From the NCBI GenBank assembly GCA_002269645.1, contig NIVC01001611.1, forward strand, positions 124,001 through 188,000: a DNA stretch of 64,000 nucleotides. Reading direction: 5' to 3'. Positions 46,701 to 58,275 of this stretch are shown here, in pieces (the stretch's first letter is position 1; the number at the start of each line of letters is the position of its first letter). Under the pieces are notes generated by a model. The model had not been told where the DNA came from. It saw only the letters and a program-made list of their open reading frames with translations, and did no database searches. This DNA is from Macrostomum lignano. Lineage: Eukaryota. The position numbers were made by a program, and so were the translations under genes.

Positions 46701-49700
46701 ATTATGTCATAACTGCTTCGTGTGACTTTTACTCAATTGACTTGGTGTGAGTGTTGAATTATAATTCATTTCATTTATAATTTCAATGAGAGCAAGCCTA
46801 GATGTAAGCACACTGGACTACTAATGTAGCAATCTGGGTTCAAATCTTAGTAGTGTATAAAAAAGAATAATTTTTTTTACTGGAGCTTTTGTTAAAAGAC
46901 TAATTGAAAAGATCTGGATTATGGCGCTAGATAAACCAAGGATTACTGCACTTGATAAGCCAAGGATTACTGCAGTTGATAAACTAAAAATTATTGCACT
47001 TGATAAACCAAGGATTATTGCACTTAATAAACCAATGATTACTGCACTTGATAAAAAATCAAGGATTATTGCACTTGATAAGCCAAAGATAATTGCATTT
47101 GATATACCAAGCATTATTGCACTTGATAAGCCAAAGATTACTGTGCTTGATAAACCAAGGATTATTTCGCTTGATAAACCAAGGATTATTGCACTTGATA
47201 AACCAAGGATTATTGCACTTGATAAACCAAGGATTACTGCACTTGATAAGCCAAGGATTACTGCAGTTGATAAACTAAAAATTATTGCACTTGATAAACC
47301 AAGGATTATTGCACTTGATAAACCAAGGATTATTGCACTTGATAAACTAAGGATTATTGCACGTGATAAGCCAAAGATTACTGCAATTGATAAACCAAGG
47401 ATTATTGCACTTAATAAGCCAAAGATTACTGCGCTTGATAAACCAAGGATTATTGCACTTGATAAACAAATGATTATCACACTTGATAAGCCAAGGATTA
47501 TTGCACTTGATAAACCAAGGATATTGCACTTAATAAACCAAGGATTATTGTACTTGATAAAATGAAGATTACTGCACTTGATAAGCCAAGGATTATTGCA
47601 CTTGATAAGCCAAGGATTATTGCACTTGATAAGCCAAGGATTATTGAACTAGATTAGAAAGGGCTATTGCACTAGCTGAGACATTGATTTTTGGACTTGA
47701 TGAGTAAAGGATTATTGCACTAACTAAGAAGCTGATTATTGCACTGTCTAAAAAAGATATTATCATGCTCGCTAAGACGTGGATTGTTGCACAACCTGAG
47801 AAAGTGATTATTGTATTAGCGGAGGTAACATTTGCACTGTTTACTTGCTATCTTGTAGATGATTGTTATCTGGAGGATGCTTGCTCTTGAGGGGGGATAC
47901 TTGCTTCTTGCTATTTGGGAGGGGGGAGGGGGTTACTGGCTACATGTATGGGATTCTTTCTATCTAGAGATGCTTGATATTTAGGGATTCTTGCTATCTG
48001 CAGGATGCTTGCTATCTGCCTGATTGCAGCGCATGGGCATTTTGGCGGACGGCGTCTGGCGCGGATCAAATACATTGCAGCGCGGCGTGTACGGCGCACG
48101 GCGATTAGTACGGCGCGGCACTAATTAGATGCCGAGGCATTTAGGCTTGATAAGACAGTCATAGTTACTCCTGCCGTTTACCCAAAACTGCGTTAATTTT
48201 GCTTTAGGGTTTTTTTCACAGGTAAGTCATTTCACAGCGTGGCGCAGGTTGTGTAGGCGTCCGGCGTACTTAAGCCATGCGCTGCAATAGGGGCTATCTG
48301 CAGGATGCTTGCTATCTGCAAAATGCTTGCTATCTGGGTGGATGCTTCTATAATATCTGGGGGGTGCTTGCTATCTGTAGGATGCTTGCTATCTGAGCGG
48401 ATGCTTCTATCTAGGGGATGCTTGCTATCTGCGGAATGCTTGCAATCTGGGTAGATGCTTCTATATTATCTGGCAGGTGCTTGCTATCTGCAGGATGCTT
48501 TTATAATATCTGGGGGTGCTTGCTATCTGCAGGAAGCTTGCTATCTGAGTGGATACTTGCTATCTGGGTGGATGCTTCTATCTGGGAGATGCTTGCTATC
48601 TGCAGGATGCTTGCGATCTGGATGGATGCTTGCTGTGAGCATAAGGGGATGCTTGCTATTTGTGGTTGCTTACTTTTGGGAAGGGGGCTGCTTGCTATCT
48701 AGAAGATGCTTGCTGTCTTGGGAATATTTTCTATTTAGAAAGAGCTATATTTTGTTGTATACATGCGCAACCTCCAAAATTCGGCTGGCCGTGCGACTTA
48801 GCTTTAACAAAAATGCGACGTAGTTTTTGGCCAAAAATGCGACTTACATGTAAAAAACCCTAAAGCAAAAATAACACTACTTTGAGTAAACGGCAGGAGT
48901 AACTATGACTGTCTTATTAAGTTAAAATGCCTCATCAGCTACTTAGTACTACTACTTTGGTTTTTTTTGGGTGGGCATTTTTTGCGACTTCCTTGGTTGG
49001 CCTCCAAATCGGTCGGCTGGATTGGCCAACTTGGCCAACTGTTGCGCATGTATGTTTTGTTGTCTGTTTGTTAATTTTGGAGAAAGAGTGATTCCTAGCA
49101 AACACCTTTGTCTATGACAATTTTACACAAATCAGGTGATTTTTTAAAGTGAAAAAGGAATTGGTTCTTAAGAAAATGTGCTTTTTTGATTGTTTGCAAT
49201 GAACTATTTTTGCTCCTTGCTTAATGGGCGCCCCGAAGGGGGGCCAAACTAGATTGCTAGTATGGGCCTATGGCTTGCCAGTTTAGCTAAAACTTAGAAG
49301 CACAGTAACAAACAAACTGTCTTATAGTTCATAGAGCTTAGGCAGATAAATAGATAGTAAATAAGACAACCTACACCCTGACAAATCTAGGCCTTAGGCC
49401 TATCTACTTTGAATTTTTTCAAAACTAAAAACAGGTCATATGATTGTGATTGTGAAATATTAATAGGGGCCTAATAATAGAAAAAGAAAAACCTTGTGAT
49501 TTGGTAGATTTACAAAATCAAAGCTAGGATAATTTTGACATAGGTTAGGGCCCTAAATTATGCCCTAGCCATAGCGTAAACAGTCAGAACAAAAACCAAG
49601 CAAACTAACATACCTTGATATTGAACAGTAAGATTTCGATTGCTTAGACTTAGATTTTTGTTCTTTGAGCTCTGATGCCATCTTTTAGGAAGCGAAGTAG

Positions 49701-49758
49701 ACTTTTCTTCTACTAGTGGATACAAAGAAGCTAGATAATTCTGATTGTTTGGGTCCAT
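37730..49758 (-). CDS. RANBP9: Ran-binding protein 9/10 (SPRY-LisH-CTLH-CRA; CTLH/GID complex), 4 exons, ~466 aa
   Basis: Exons 49758-49614, 42140-41647, 39529-39077, 38038-37730 (1401 nt), GT-AG, in frame. LYP.V.E..T.LP..W; YYFEI...KGKDGYIGIG; PGWEKDSYGYHGDDG; YLVHHGY-like LisH (LLVHHGY); L.F.LKCRQFIELV; DA.SLLAYE.P..SP; QREP....LNSAILES. Confidence 0.92.
38066..39040. repeat. 35-bp minisatellite filling RanBP9 intron 3
   Basis: Unit AAAGGACTAATTAAGATAGGTAGAAGCGGC(ACATC/AATAA). Confidence 0.95.
39545..41490. repeat. 20-bp minisatellite filling RanBP9 intron 2
   Basis: Unit GAAGCTATTG(G/T)AAATGAAGG, ~97 copies. Confidence 0.95.
44969..45731. mobile_element. Old non-autonomous TIR element with long imperfect inverted arms
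   Basis: 44969-45100 is an imperfect reverse complement of 45600-45731 (shared CTATTTTGTGGAATCAATG, GAATGGATT.GCA.ACTAAAAT, AGAAAATCTC); flanked by CTAGAGGG on both sides. Confidence 0.55.
45740..46246. mobile_element. MITE with 19-bp perfect TIR and 8-bp TSD (hAT/P-type)
   Basis: CCATAGTCAGGAAGGTGGC at 45740-45758 and its reverse complement at 46228-46246; TSD CTAGAGGG at 45732-45739 and 46247-46254; internal GTGCGCC repeats. Confidence 0.88.
46925..47650. repeat. 24-bp minisatellite GATAAACCAAGGATTATTGCACTT
   Basis: About 29 copies. Confidence 0.93.
48023..48288. mobile_element. MITE-like element A (14-bp TIR) carrying a 28S rRNA-derived fragment
   Basis: ATTGCAGCGCATGG at 48023-48036 and CCATGCGCTGCAAT at 48275-48288; interrupts a degenerate GATGCTTGCTATCT array (~47960-48720). 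No clear TSD. Confidence 0.7.
48113..48183 (-). other. 28S rRNA-derived fragment (helix 69-71 region), not a functional rRNA gene
   Basis: Minus strand GGGTAAACGGCAGGAGTAACTATGACTGTCTTATCAAGCCTAAATGCCTCGGCATCTAATTAGTGCCGCGC versus the conserved LSU GGGTAAACGGCGGGAGTAACTATGACTCTCTTAAGGTAGCCAAATGCCTCGTCATCTAATTAGTGACGCGC (recalled): 60/71 identical, no gaps. Confidence 0.88.
48762..49050. mobile_element. MITE-like element B (CATGCGCAAC TIR, TA flanks) carrying the same 28S-derived core in the opposite orientation
   Basis: ATACATGCGCAAC at 48759-48771 and GTTGCGCATGTAT at 49041-49053; TA on both sides is consistent with a TA TSD. 28S-like segment at 48884-48947. Confidence 0.72.
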
Positions 49759-51389
49759 TGTTGATATTCAACAAGTGTGGAACTGTCTGGACTACTGAAC
49801 TGAAGCAGTGAGTTACTCGCTTATTTTACTAGCTGAAAAGATATTAGAACAGAAATATAAAACCAAATAATGTCAATCGGTGTGTTTTTTATTAACACAG
49901 CAAAAATTCACTAGTAAGCCAATTTAAAGCTATGACTCGTGGGTCGTTGGACCGTTGGTGATGAGTGTTTTAAGATAAAAAACTGCAAAATGCTAAAATA
50001 TGGTCAAAATTGAATGTTCATCTAAACAGCTGATTTTCTTGTAATTGTTAAAACAAAATGTCTTAAGCATTAGGGTATTTAAATTAATTTTGTTTCAAAC
50101 CTAGCTAGAAACCTAAATAAAATTATTCTTTAATATTGACAAAATACGAACAAAAATATAACTTTAGAAATGTCGTACTTGATTAAACGAGTTTTGCAAG
50201 CCGTTAGGCCAGGCGTCTCCCCTGTGTGGCCGTGGACTTCCGATTTTTATTGCCCCATGCGCTAGTCTGTATACTAGGTGGAGTAGAGCAACACCCGACG
50301 GCAATAGGCTAGGCTGGAAAAAAGCTTTAAAAAAGTCCAGGCTAGCCTGTTAAAAGCTGCGCTTTCGCGCTTTAATGATGTGAGGTGCCTGGGAAAAGCG
50401 CAGCTTTCACAAATACATTAAATTGTGGGAATGCGATGCTCGATGATGAGAGACGAAAAAGACGTTTTGTTTTAAATGTGCCTGTTTTCAGAAATTAAAG
50501 ATTTGTTAATAATGGTCGGTCATTTAAAAAATATTTCAACTTCGTTTGCAGGAAACGTTCGATTTACAACGAACCCTTCCCTTCCCATATACAGTGAATA
50601 TGTGTTGATATAAAACTCTTGTATAAATCCCATTGCAAATTCGACTTACCGAAACTAGTTACTGTTGAAATATCATAGGTCTAAACTATATCGTATTTGT
50701 AAAGCAAGGTGATTGAAATACTGATTGAGAAATATTGATTGAGAAAGGACGAATGGTGCATTTGTCCATTGGATTTTATCTTGATCGGCATCTATAATGA
50801 TCTATTGTATTGCTATTGCACTTTTATTTCATTCATTAATATTGAATGCCAAATTTTTTTATAGTATATGAGTCTAATAAATTTTATTCAAGTGCTTTGG
50901 CTTGGGCAATGATGTATTTCAACATTTTATTTTTTATATTGATAATTTAGGCTTGTTGGCTATTAAATATTCTCCTTTCTCTTTAATCAACTATACTCTA
51001 TGCCGGGACTATGGCTCAGTGGCAGATCTAGGATTTTCCATTAGGGGGAATTAGAGCTAGAACAGTAGTAAGGGGCACCTAAATGACTTAGACATAAGTG
51101 GGCACCATGTCATAATTTTTCTATTGGTTATTATATTTTCTTGCTTCTATGCCTCCTATCTGCAAACCTATGCTGCTTTACCCTATGCTGTATTGCCTTA
51201 TTGTTACCTATTCTTGTTGCAACTTTATTTTTCTATTTTGGCTATGGCCTTGCTCTATCCTATATTCTTCTATCCCTACTTTTTTATCTTTGGTAGCTTT
51301 GCGACTACTGCTTTACTCCTTGTCCTTGCTTCTCTGCCCCCAGCTACTCTGCCTCAGCTATTCCACCCCTTTTTATCTGCCCTTTGCCC

Positions 51390-53540
51390 CTGTTTCTTTG
51401 TCCTTGCTCCTTTGCCCCTGCTCCTCTACCCTTACCCCTGCTTTTCTGCCCCTGCGCTTACTCCTCTGCCCCTGCTCTTCTACCCCTGCTTCCCTGCTCC
51501 TGCCCCTGCTCCTCTGCCCCTACCCCTGCTTCTCTGCCCTGCTCCTCTGCCCCTGCCCCTGCTTCTCTGCCCCTGCTCTTCTATCCCTGCTTCTTTGTCT
51601 TACTTCTCTACTTCTGCCCCTGCTCCTCTGCCCCTGCCCCTGCCCCTGCTTCTCTGCCCTGCCCCTGCTTCTCTGCCCTGCTCCTCTGCCCTGCTCCTCT
51701 GCCCCTGCCCCTGCTCCTCTGCCCCTGCTCCTCTGCCCCTGCTCCTCTGCCCCTGCTCTTCTATCCCTGCTTCTCTGTCCTACTTCTCTGCTTCTGCTCT
51801 GCTCTTCTGCCCCTGCCCCTGCTCTTCTGCCCCTGCTCTTCTATCCCTGCTTCTCTGCCCTACTTCTCTGCTTCTGCCCCTGCTCCTCTGCCCCTGCCCC
51901 TGCTCCTCTGCACCTGCCCCTGCTCCTCTGCCCCTGCCCCTGCTCCTCTGCACCTGCCCCTGCTCCTCTGCCCCTGCCCCTGCTCCTCTGCACCTGCCCC
52001 TGCTCCTCTGCCCCTGCCCCTGCTCCTCTGCACCTGCCCCTGCTCCTCTGCCCCTGCTCCGCTGCCCCTGCTCTTTTACCCCTGCTCCTCTGCCCCTGCC
52101 CCTGCCCCTGCTTCTCTGCCCCTGCTCTTCTATCCCTGCTTCTTTGTCTTACTTCTCTACTTCTGCCCCTGCTCTTCTGCCCCTGCCCCTGCTCTTCTGC
52201 CCCTGCTCTTCTATCCCTGCTCTTTTACCCCTGCTTCTCTGCCCCTGCTTCTTTGCCCCTGCCCCTGCTCTTCTGCCCTTGCTCTTCTACCCCTGCTCTT
52301 TCACCCCTGCTTCTCTGCCCCTGCTTCTCTGCCCCTGCTCCTCTGCTCCTGCCCCTGCTCCTCTGCCCCTGCCCCTGTTCCTCTGCCCCTGCCCTTGCTC
52401 CTCTGCCCCTGCCCCTGCTCCTCTGCACCTGCCCCTGCTCCTCTGCACCTGCCCCTGCTCCTCTGCCCCTGCCCCTGCTCCTCTGCACCTGCCCCTGCTC
52501 CTCTGCCCCTGCTCCGCTGCCCCTGCTCTTTTACCCCTGCTCCTCTGCCCCTGCCCCTGCCCCTGCTTCTCTGCCCCTGCTCTTCTATCCCTGCTTCTTT
52601 GTCTTACTTCTCTACTTCTGCCCCTGCTCTTCTGCCCCTGCCCCTGCTCTTCTGCCCCTGCTCTTCTATCCCTGCTCTTTTACCCCTGCTTCTCTGCCCC
52701 TGCTTCTTTGCCCCTGCCCCTGCTCTTCTGCCCTTGCTCTTCTACCCCTGCTCTTTCACCCCTGCTTCTCTGCCCCTGCTTCTCTGCCCCTGCTCCTCTG
52801 CTCCTGCCCCTGCTCCTCTGCCCCTGCCCCTGTTCCTCTGCCCCTGCCCTTGCTCCTCTGCCCCTGCCCCTGCTCCTCTGCACCTGCCCCTGCTTCTCTG
52901 CCCCTGCCCCTGCTCCTCTGCCCCTGCCCCTGCTTCTCTGCCCCTGCTCTTCTGTCCCTGCCCCTGCTCTTCTGCCCCTGCTCTTCTATCCCTGCTTCTC
53001 TACCCTACTTCTCTGCTTCTGCCCCTGCTCCTCTGCCCCTGCCCCTGCTTCTCTGCACCTGCCCCTGCTCCTCTGCCCCTGCCCCTGCTTCTCTGCACCT
53101 GCCCCTGCTCCTCTGCCCCTGCTCCGCTGCCCCTGCTCTTTTACCCCTGCTCCTCTGCCCCTGCCCCTGCTCCTCTGCCCCTGCCCCTGCTTCTCTGCCC
53201 CTGCTCTTCTGTCCCTGCCCCTGCTCTTCTGCCCCTGCTCTTCTACCCCTGCTTCTCTGCCCCTGCTTCTCTGCCCCTGCCCCTGCTCTTCTGCCGCTGC
53301 TCTTCTACCCCTGCTCTTTCACCCCTGCTTCTCTGCCCCTGCTTCTCTGCCCCTGCTTCTCTGCCCCTGCCCCTACTTCTCTGCCCCTGCCCCTGCTCCT
53401 CTGCCCTGCTCTTCTGTCCCTGCCCCTGCTCTTCTGCCCCTGCTCTTCTACCCCTTCTCTTTCACCCCTGCTTCTCTGCCCCTGATTCTCTGCCCCTGCT
53501 CCTCTTCCCCTGGCCCTGTACTTTTACCCCTGCTCCTCTG
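51390..53540. repeat. C-rich 6-bp-based compound repeat (CCTGCC/CCTGCT/CTCTGC)
   Basis: Direct reading; includes larger internal block duplications. Confidence 0.93.
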
Positions 53541-53856
53541 CTTTTGCTCCTCAGGCAGAAACCCAAACATTTTTCAAGGACGGGTGCTGTGCAATGTATG
53601 GTGCAGCATGGTATGGGACTGAGAGTATGTCTATATGGAATGTGTTCTATGCTACATGCGGCACATGCCATAAAATATTTTGGCTGATTACTGCCTGAGT
53701 CTGCACATGCTAATAAGCTTTGTAAGCGTGATAAGGACTTAGCAACTATAACAGAAATTCAGAGCTTCTGTGCTGTTTTGATGTCTTGCTTTTAAACTGT
53801 TTGGCCCTAAACGTTTTCATAATCATAAAAATGTTTTGGTTTTTGTGTATTTTCAG

Positions 53857-56003
53857 ATGGTTCACAATTCCTACACAGCATTCCTGAAAGAACATAAAAA
53901 GTTTGGTAAGCGCACTGTTATTTGTATTTTTTGTTTTGATTTGTCTGTTTGAACAATTCCAGCCTAATGTCTATAAATAATAAAGAGCAACTGATTGATG
54001 GATGGATGAAGATGGATGGAGATGTATATTTATAATAAACTATCTAATCTCAACTGTCTCTATTTATGGCAACTTGTTTTTTCCTTCGATAGGTCGGCAA
54101 AAGGAAGCAGCAAGCAAATTTCATCAGCTTAGCGATGCTGCTAAACAGCGTCTTGCTGCAAAAGCAGCTGTTGTGCCGCCAAAGCTCTCAACAATAGAAA
54201 GAATGGTATGTATGTAATGTATATTGCAAAAGTGTTGATTGGAGTTCATTTGCTAGCACTGCTAGCCTTGTAACTTTCATTTCTCATTAAAAATTTAGCT
54301 GAGAAAGGATTCGACTTCGAGATTCTTTTTGGTTGTCGTTCGAGAGAATAAAGCACCATATTTTGCCTGCTCTCCTGAAGACATGGAACTTGTGCGGCTG
54401 GCTCGGCCGGTCTCAGAGGTAAAGTTACGGTTTGGGCATTCAAGCAAAATTATTAGTTGTATTTTTTCCTAGTTATAAGTTGCAATTTTAGAAGCTTCTC
54501 GGAGAACTACATTGTCCACCAAAGGAGTCTCTTAATGGCTTGCGTAAGCTCCTCCGGGAAAAGGCTAGAGAAGCATATCGTAAGTTTACATTGCTTTTGA
54601 GACATATTTACTGGCTTACAGTTTTATGAGACTGCTATGCTAAATGTCTGCTGAGCTTTTGCTCCTGAGCGGTCAGTGGATTTCGTCATTTTTCACCATT
54701 CATTGTTGTAGATGCAGCAGGATTCGAAGGACCAGTGAAGTGGAAACGGATTCCTTCTATTGGTCACTTCAAGCCAGAAATTTCAGACCCAACTTGGATG
54801 CCTATCCGTGCAATTAAATTTGCTCTCAGTCAGCAGCTGTCGTTCCATCCAACGGTTTCTGGTATTTTTCTAAATGAAAATATTTTCTTCTACATTTTCT
54901 TATTGACTTGGACTAATAATTGCTATTACCATCTAGTTAAAATGAATTCCGGCCTCATGATCAAAATGGATGAAGTGTGTGAAAAAATGTGGCGTCTAAC
55001 TGTATACTTTTAGAAAGAAAGTAAGAAGTGATTATTTATCGCTATTATGCAAGTAGTTAATGTGCAAGTCTTACTGCATTAAAAGTTAGACCATCTGAAG
55101 CACTGTAAAAAATCTTTTTCAAGTTGGATATTTGTTATTCGCATGTGTGACAGTATGGTCCATGGGACTTATTGCACTCTTTGTTTATACATTTCGCCTA
55201 CAGTTGGACCCAACGCTTCGCAGTCTCCAATGGACGGAATAGAGGAAGTTTGTGAGCTCCAAGACCACGGCCTGAATCAGAACCACAGCCTAGACACATG
55301 CCTAGACCACGAAATCGATCGATACCACAGCCACGATCCTGTGGTGGACCACCATGGGCAAGGTCGCAGCGGACCTGATCGCAGCGGACAGAGTCGTGGC
55401 GGACAGAGTCGTGGCGGACCTGATCGCAGCGGACAGAGTCGCAGCGGACCTGATCGCAGCGGACAGAGTCGTGGCGGACAGAGTCGTGGCGGACCTGATC
55501 ACAGCGGACAGAGTCGCAGCGGACCTGATCACAGCGGACAGAGTCGCAGCGGACCTGATCGCAGCGGACAGAGTCGTGGCGGACAGAGTCGTGGCGGACC
55601 TGATCACAGCGGACAGAGTCGCAGCGGACCTGATCACAGCGGACAGAGTCGCAGCGGACCTGATCGCAGCGGACAGAGTCGTGGCGGACAGAGTCGTGGC
55701 GGACCTGATCACAGCGGACAGAGTCGCAGCGGACCTGATCACAGCGGACAGAGTCGCAGCGGACCTGATCGCAGCGGACAGAGTCGTGGCGGACAGAGTC
55801 GTGGCGGACCTGATCACAGCGGACAGAGTCGCAGCGGACCTGATCACAGCGGACAGAGTCGCAGCGGACCTGATCGCAGCGGACAGAGTCGTGGCGGACG
55901 GGACCGACAACCTCTAGGTGACATCCAGTTTCAGTCTAACAACGCATTGGTTGAAAGCCACTGCTTTTTTGAAGACGGGGACCTGATTATTGTTGCGGAT
56001 TAG
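53857..56003 (+). CDS. Unknown protein (~399 aa): degenerate HMG-box-like N-terminus and RS/RG-rich coding repeat
   Basis: Exons 53857-53905, 54093-54205, 54492-54579, 54712-54861, 55204-56003 all have AG/GT ends and join without stops (1200 nt). N-terminus MVHNSYTAFLKEHKKFGRQKEAASKFHQLSDAAKQRLAAKA. Confidence 0.55.
55365..55898. repeat. 15-bp unit repeat with a 105-bp higher-order period (probably coding)
   Basis: Units encode GPDRS/GQSRG/GPDHS/GQSRS in the frame of the spliced gene. Confidence 0.9.
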
Positions 56004-57207
56004 ATTTACGAGGGGTGCGCAATAAGTTTCCGGATGTGCTCAGACACCTGTAATGTCAGATTGTGTCACCCGCCTCTCAACTATGCATATCCGGAAACTA
56101 AGTATAAGGTACTGTTAATTTACTTTCATTGATAAACATTCAACAGGTTTGTGACTTTTGCTTTTTTTTAATTCAAGGGCAAAGCAACAAAATCTGCATT
56201 TTTTCTGAAAGTTGCAACTTTTTTATCAACTTTTTGTGCGTAACTTTTTATAGAATTCGACCCTCTTCCAATCTTCCCAGAATCTTGTTGCATTGTTGCA
56301 CGTCATCTGTAGGGCAACAAACATTTCTTGCCTGTGTCAATAACTGATTGCGCATTTCCTCATTGCGTCACATGTTATTTGTGTTCATTTGTGTTTGTAC
56401 TTGCGTAGTATGCCAGGTAGAATTTGTGTTGCGCTGACAGTGACTTGCTTGAACACTTTGAACACTTTTGCCACAGTTAGGGTTAGGGGAGCCCAGTTTA
56501 TAGTTAGGGGGGATTTCTTTGCGTCAAGTTGAAGGGCGTCATGAAGTTTATTTGAAATTTTAATTTCTTGGGGGTGTTTTGGGGGCATCAAAAATCTTAG
56601 GGCGCCAAAGGATACGTATGGAATCTAATGTTATGAATGTTGTTGCTGACTCTATGCATGCATAAAGGTCATAACAATTAAATAACTAATATTAGGTGCT
56701 CTTGGATAAAGTGTAAAAACTTCTGAAGGCACACGTACTTACATTTAATCTTTAATTAAAGATTAAATGTAATTAATTACATTTAATCATTTAATCTTGC
56801 GCTTAATCCCCTCTTTTTGAGTAACCTAATCTCACTTGCGTAACCTACCCAGGTCTCGATTTTTATCTGTACTGTGGTACTGTTGCAATGATATGTACTT
56901 GCATTTTGGATAATGCTATGGTAATAAATATCCTCTTTAGGTCTTCTAGATCCAAGATCTGCATTTAACTTTTATCATCTGATTGTAAAATACGAGCGTA
57001 AGCAGTTGAGCTTCACACTTCCCTTCTTTTGACGTTTTTATTAAACAAGTGACGGCATTATGATTTTACTATTGTTTGGAGGAGTCAACACTGGATCGAT
57101 GATTGGAATTCCGGGGGCCAGCAGGCGCCGTACCGGGCAACGGAATTCCGAAGAAGTTCCATAGGTGGTTTCGGAGGGTGGCGGCCCAACGAAATGAGGT
57201 TCTAAGG

Positions 57208-57554
57208 CAGGGGTCCCCAACCCACTGTTAGCAGCGGGCCGCATTCAATATTTATTTAAGATACGCGGGCCGCAAAAGTGCACAAAAATTAATAAAAATT
57301 AAGTCAAAGTCAATATATAGCATTAGTCAATTACTGAGATGACTGATGTTCCTTGTCCTTGGACAGCAGTTCAAAGTTGAGCTTTGTTGGGTTGTTCCTA
57401 ACAGACAGGAACAGACTGTTTCTGTTGTGAGTGTTAGGACTTAAAAATTTCCATCTATTTTACTCAGAGGGGCCGCATCAAATGAAAAATTGGAAAGAGG
57501 GCTGCGGGCCACATAGAATTGGCCTGCGGGCTGCATGCAGTTTGGGGACCCCTG
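57208..57554. mobile_element. hAT (Charlie-like) MITE, 347 bp
   Basis: TIR CAGGGGTCCCCAA / TTGGGGACCCCTG (57542-57554); 8-bp TSD TTCTAAGG at 57200-57207 and 57555-57562. Confidence 0.92.
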
Positions 57555-57925
57555 TTCTAAGGGTTGGCGGCTGAGCTTTTTTGGGATCAGAGGGTGCAAG
57601 TGGCCAGTCTGAGAAACTTGCGCGTGGACAAAACATTATCTAAATGTATTTGAGGTGCGTGTAATTGTGCGGTAATAAGATCATCTGCCAGAAATCGATC
57701 TCAGACTGTTGCGCAGCTTCTCGCCCGATCTATTGACGGGAATTGCAAAGACTAAGAACTCAACGAATCGGTGCTCCAGCAGCATGCCGGTTATTCCATG
57801 CTGCACCGCGTATTGTTGGGCGCCCGACTTTTACTGAATCTCGGTATCTGCAACTGCCGCTATCTCAGATTGGAGTTACGCACGCGGGGACTACTTAATT
57901 ATTCGAGCTACTACCGTGACAGGAA

Positions 57926-58275
57926 GGGGGCCGTAGCCCAGCGGTCTAGCGCAGGCTCTGGTGTGCCAGCGACCCAGGCTCGATTCCAAGTGATTAATTT
58001 GGGGCTGAATTGGAATCTCGGCTTGGTTCTCTCGTGCAATTAACGGCCTTGAGAGCCCACCCCCCAAGACGCAGTGAAGTGTACATGCCTAATAATAAAT
58101 AAAGTTAGGGCCGCTGTACACTCCTGTGTGAGTGTGTGCCTGCGTACGTATCCGCGCGCTTGTGTGCCTGCTCAGGGGAGTCGGCGGAATGGGCAGTAAT
58201 GCCTCTCGCCGGTTGTGTGCCTATGTCGCTTAAAGTGCGCCAGGGTGCACACAGCCCCCTGCCTCTACTAAAAAA
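57926..58275 (+). mobile_element. Full-length tRNA-derived SINE, 350 bp
   Basis: Head GGGGGCCGTAGCCCAGCGGTCTAGCGC (A box) ... GGCTCGATTCC (B box); short A tail; 13-bp direct repeat ACCGTGACAGGAA at 57913-57925 and 58276-58288. Confidence 0.88.

Noticed and set aside
46821-47565. DKPRIIAL-repeat and Leu-rich ORFs
   Set aside because: 24-bp intronic minisatellite inside RanBP9 intron 1.
48113-48183. rRNA gene
   Set aside because: Only ~70 bp of LSU similarity inside a TIR element; no flanking rDNA.
51124-53687. 770-830-aa Pro/Cys/Leu ORFs
   Set aside because: 6-bp-based repeat open in all three frames; non-ATG or weak starts.
57926-58000. tRNA gene
   Set aside because: A and B boxes are present, but I cannot fold a full cloverleaf; it continues into a repeated body with an A tail and flanking direct repeats, i.e. 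a SINE.
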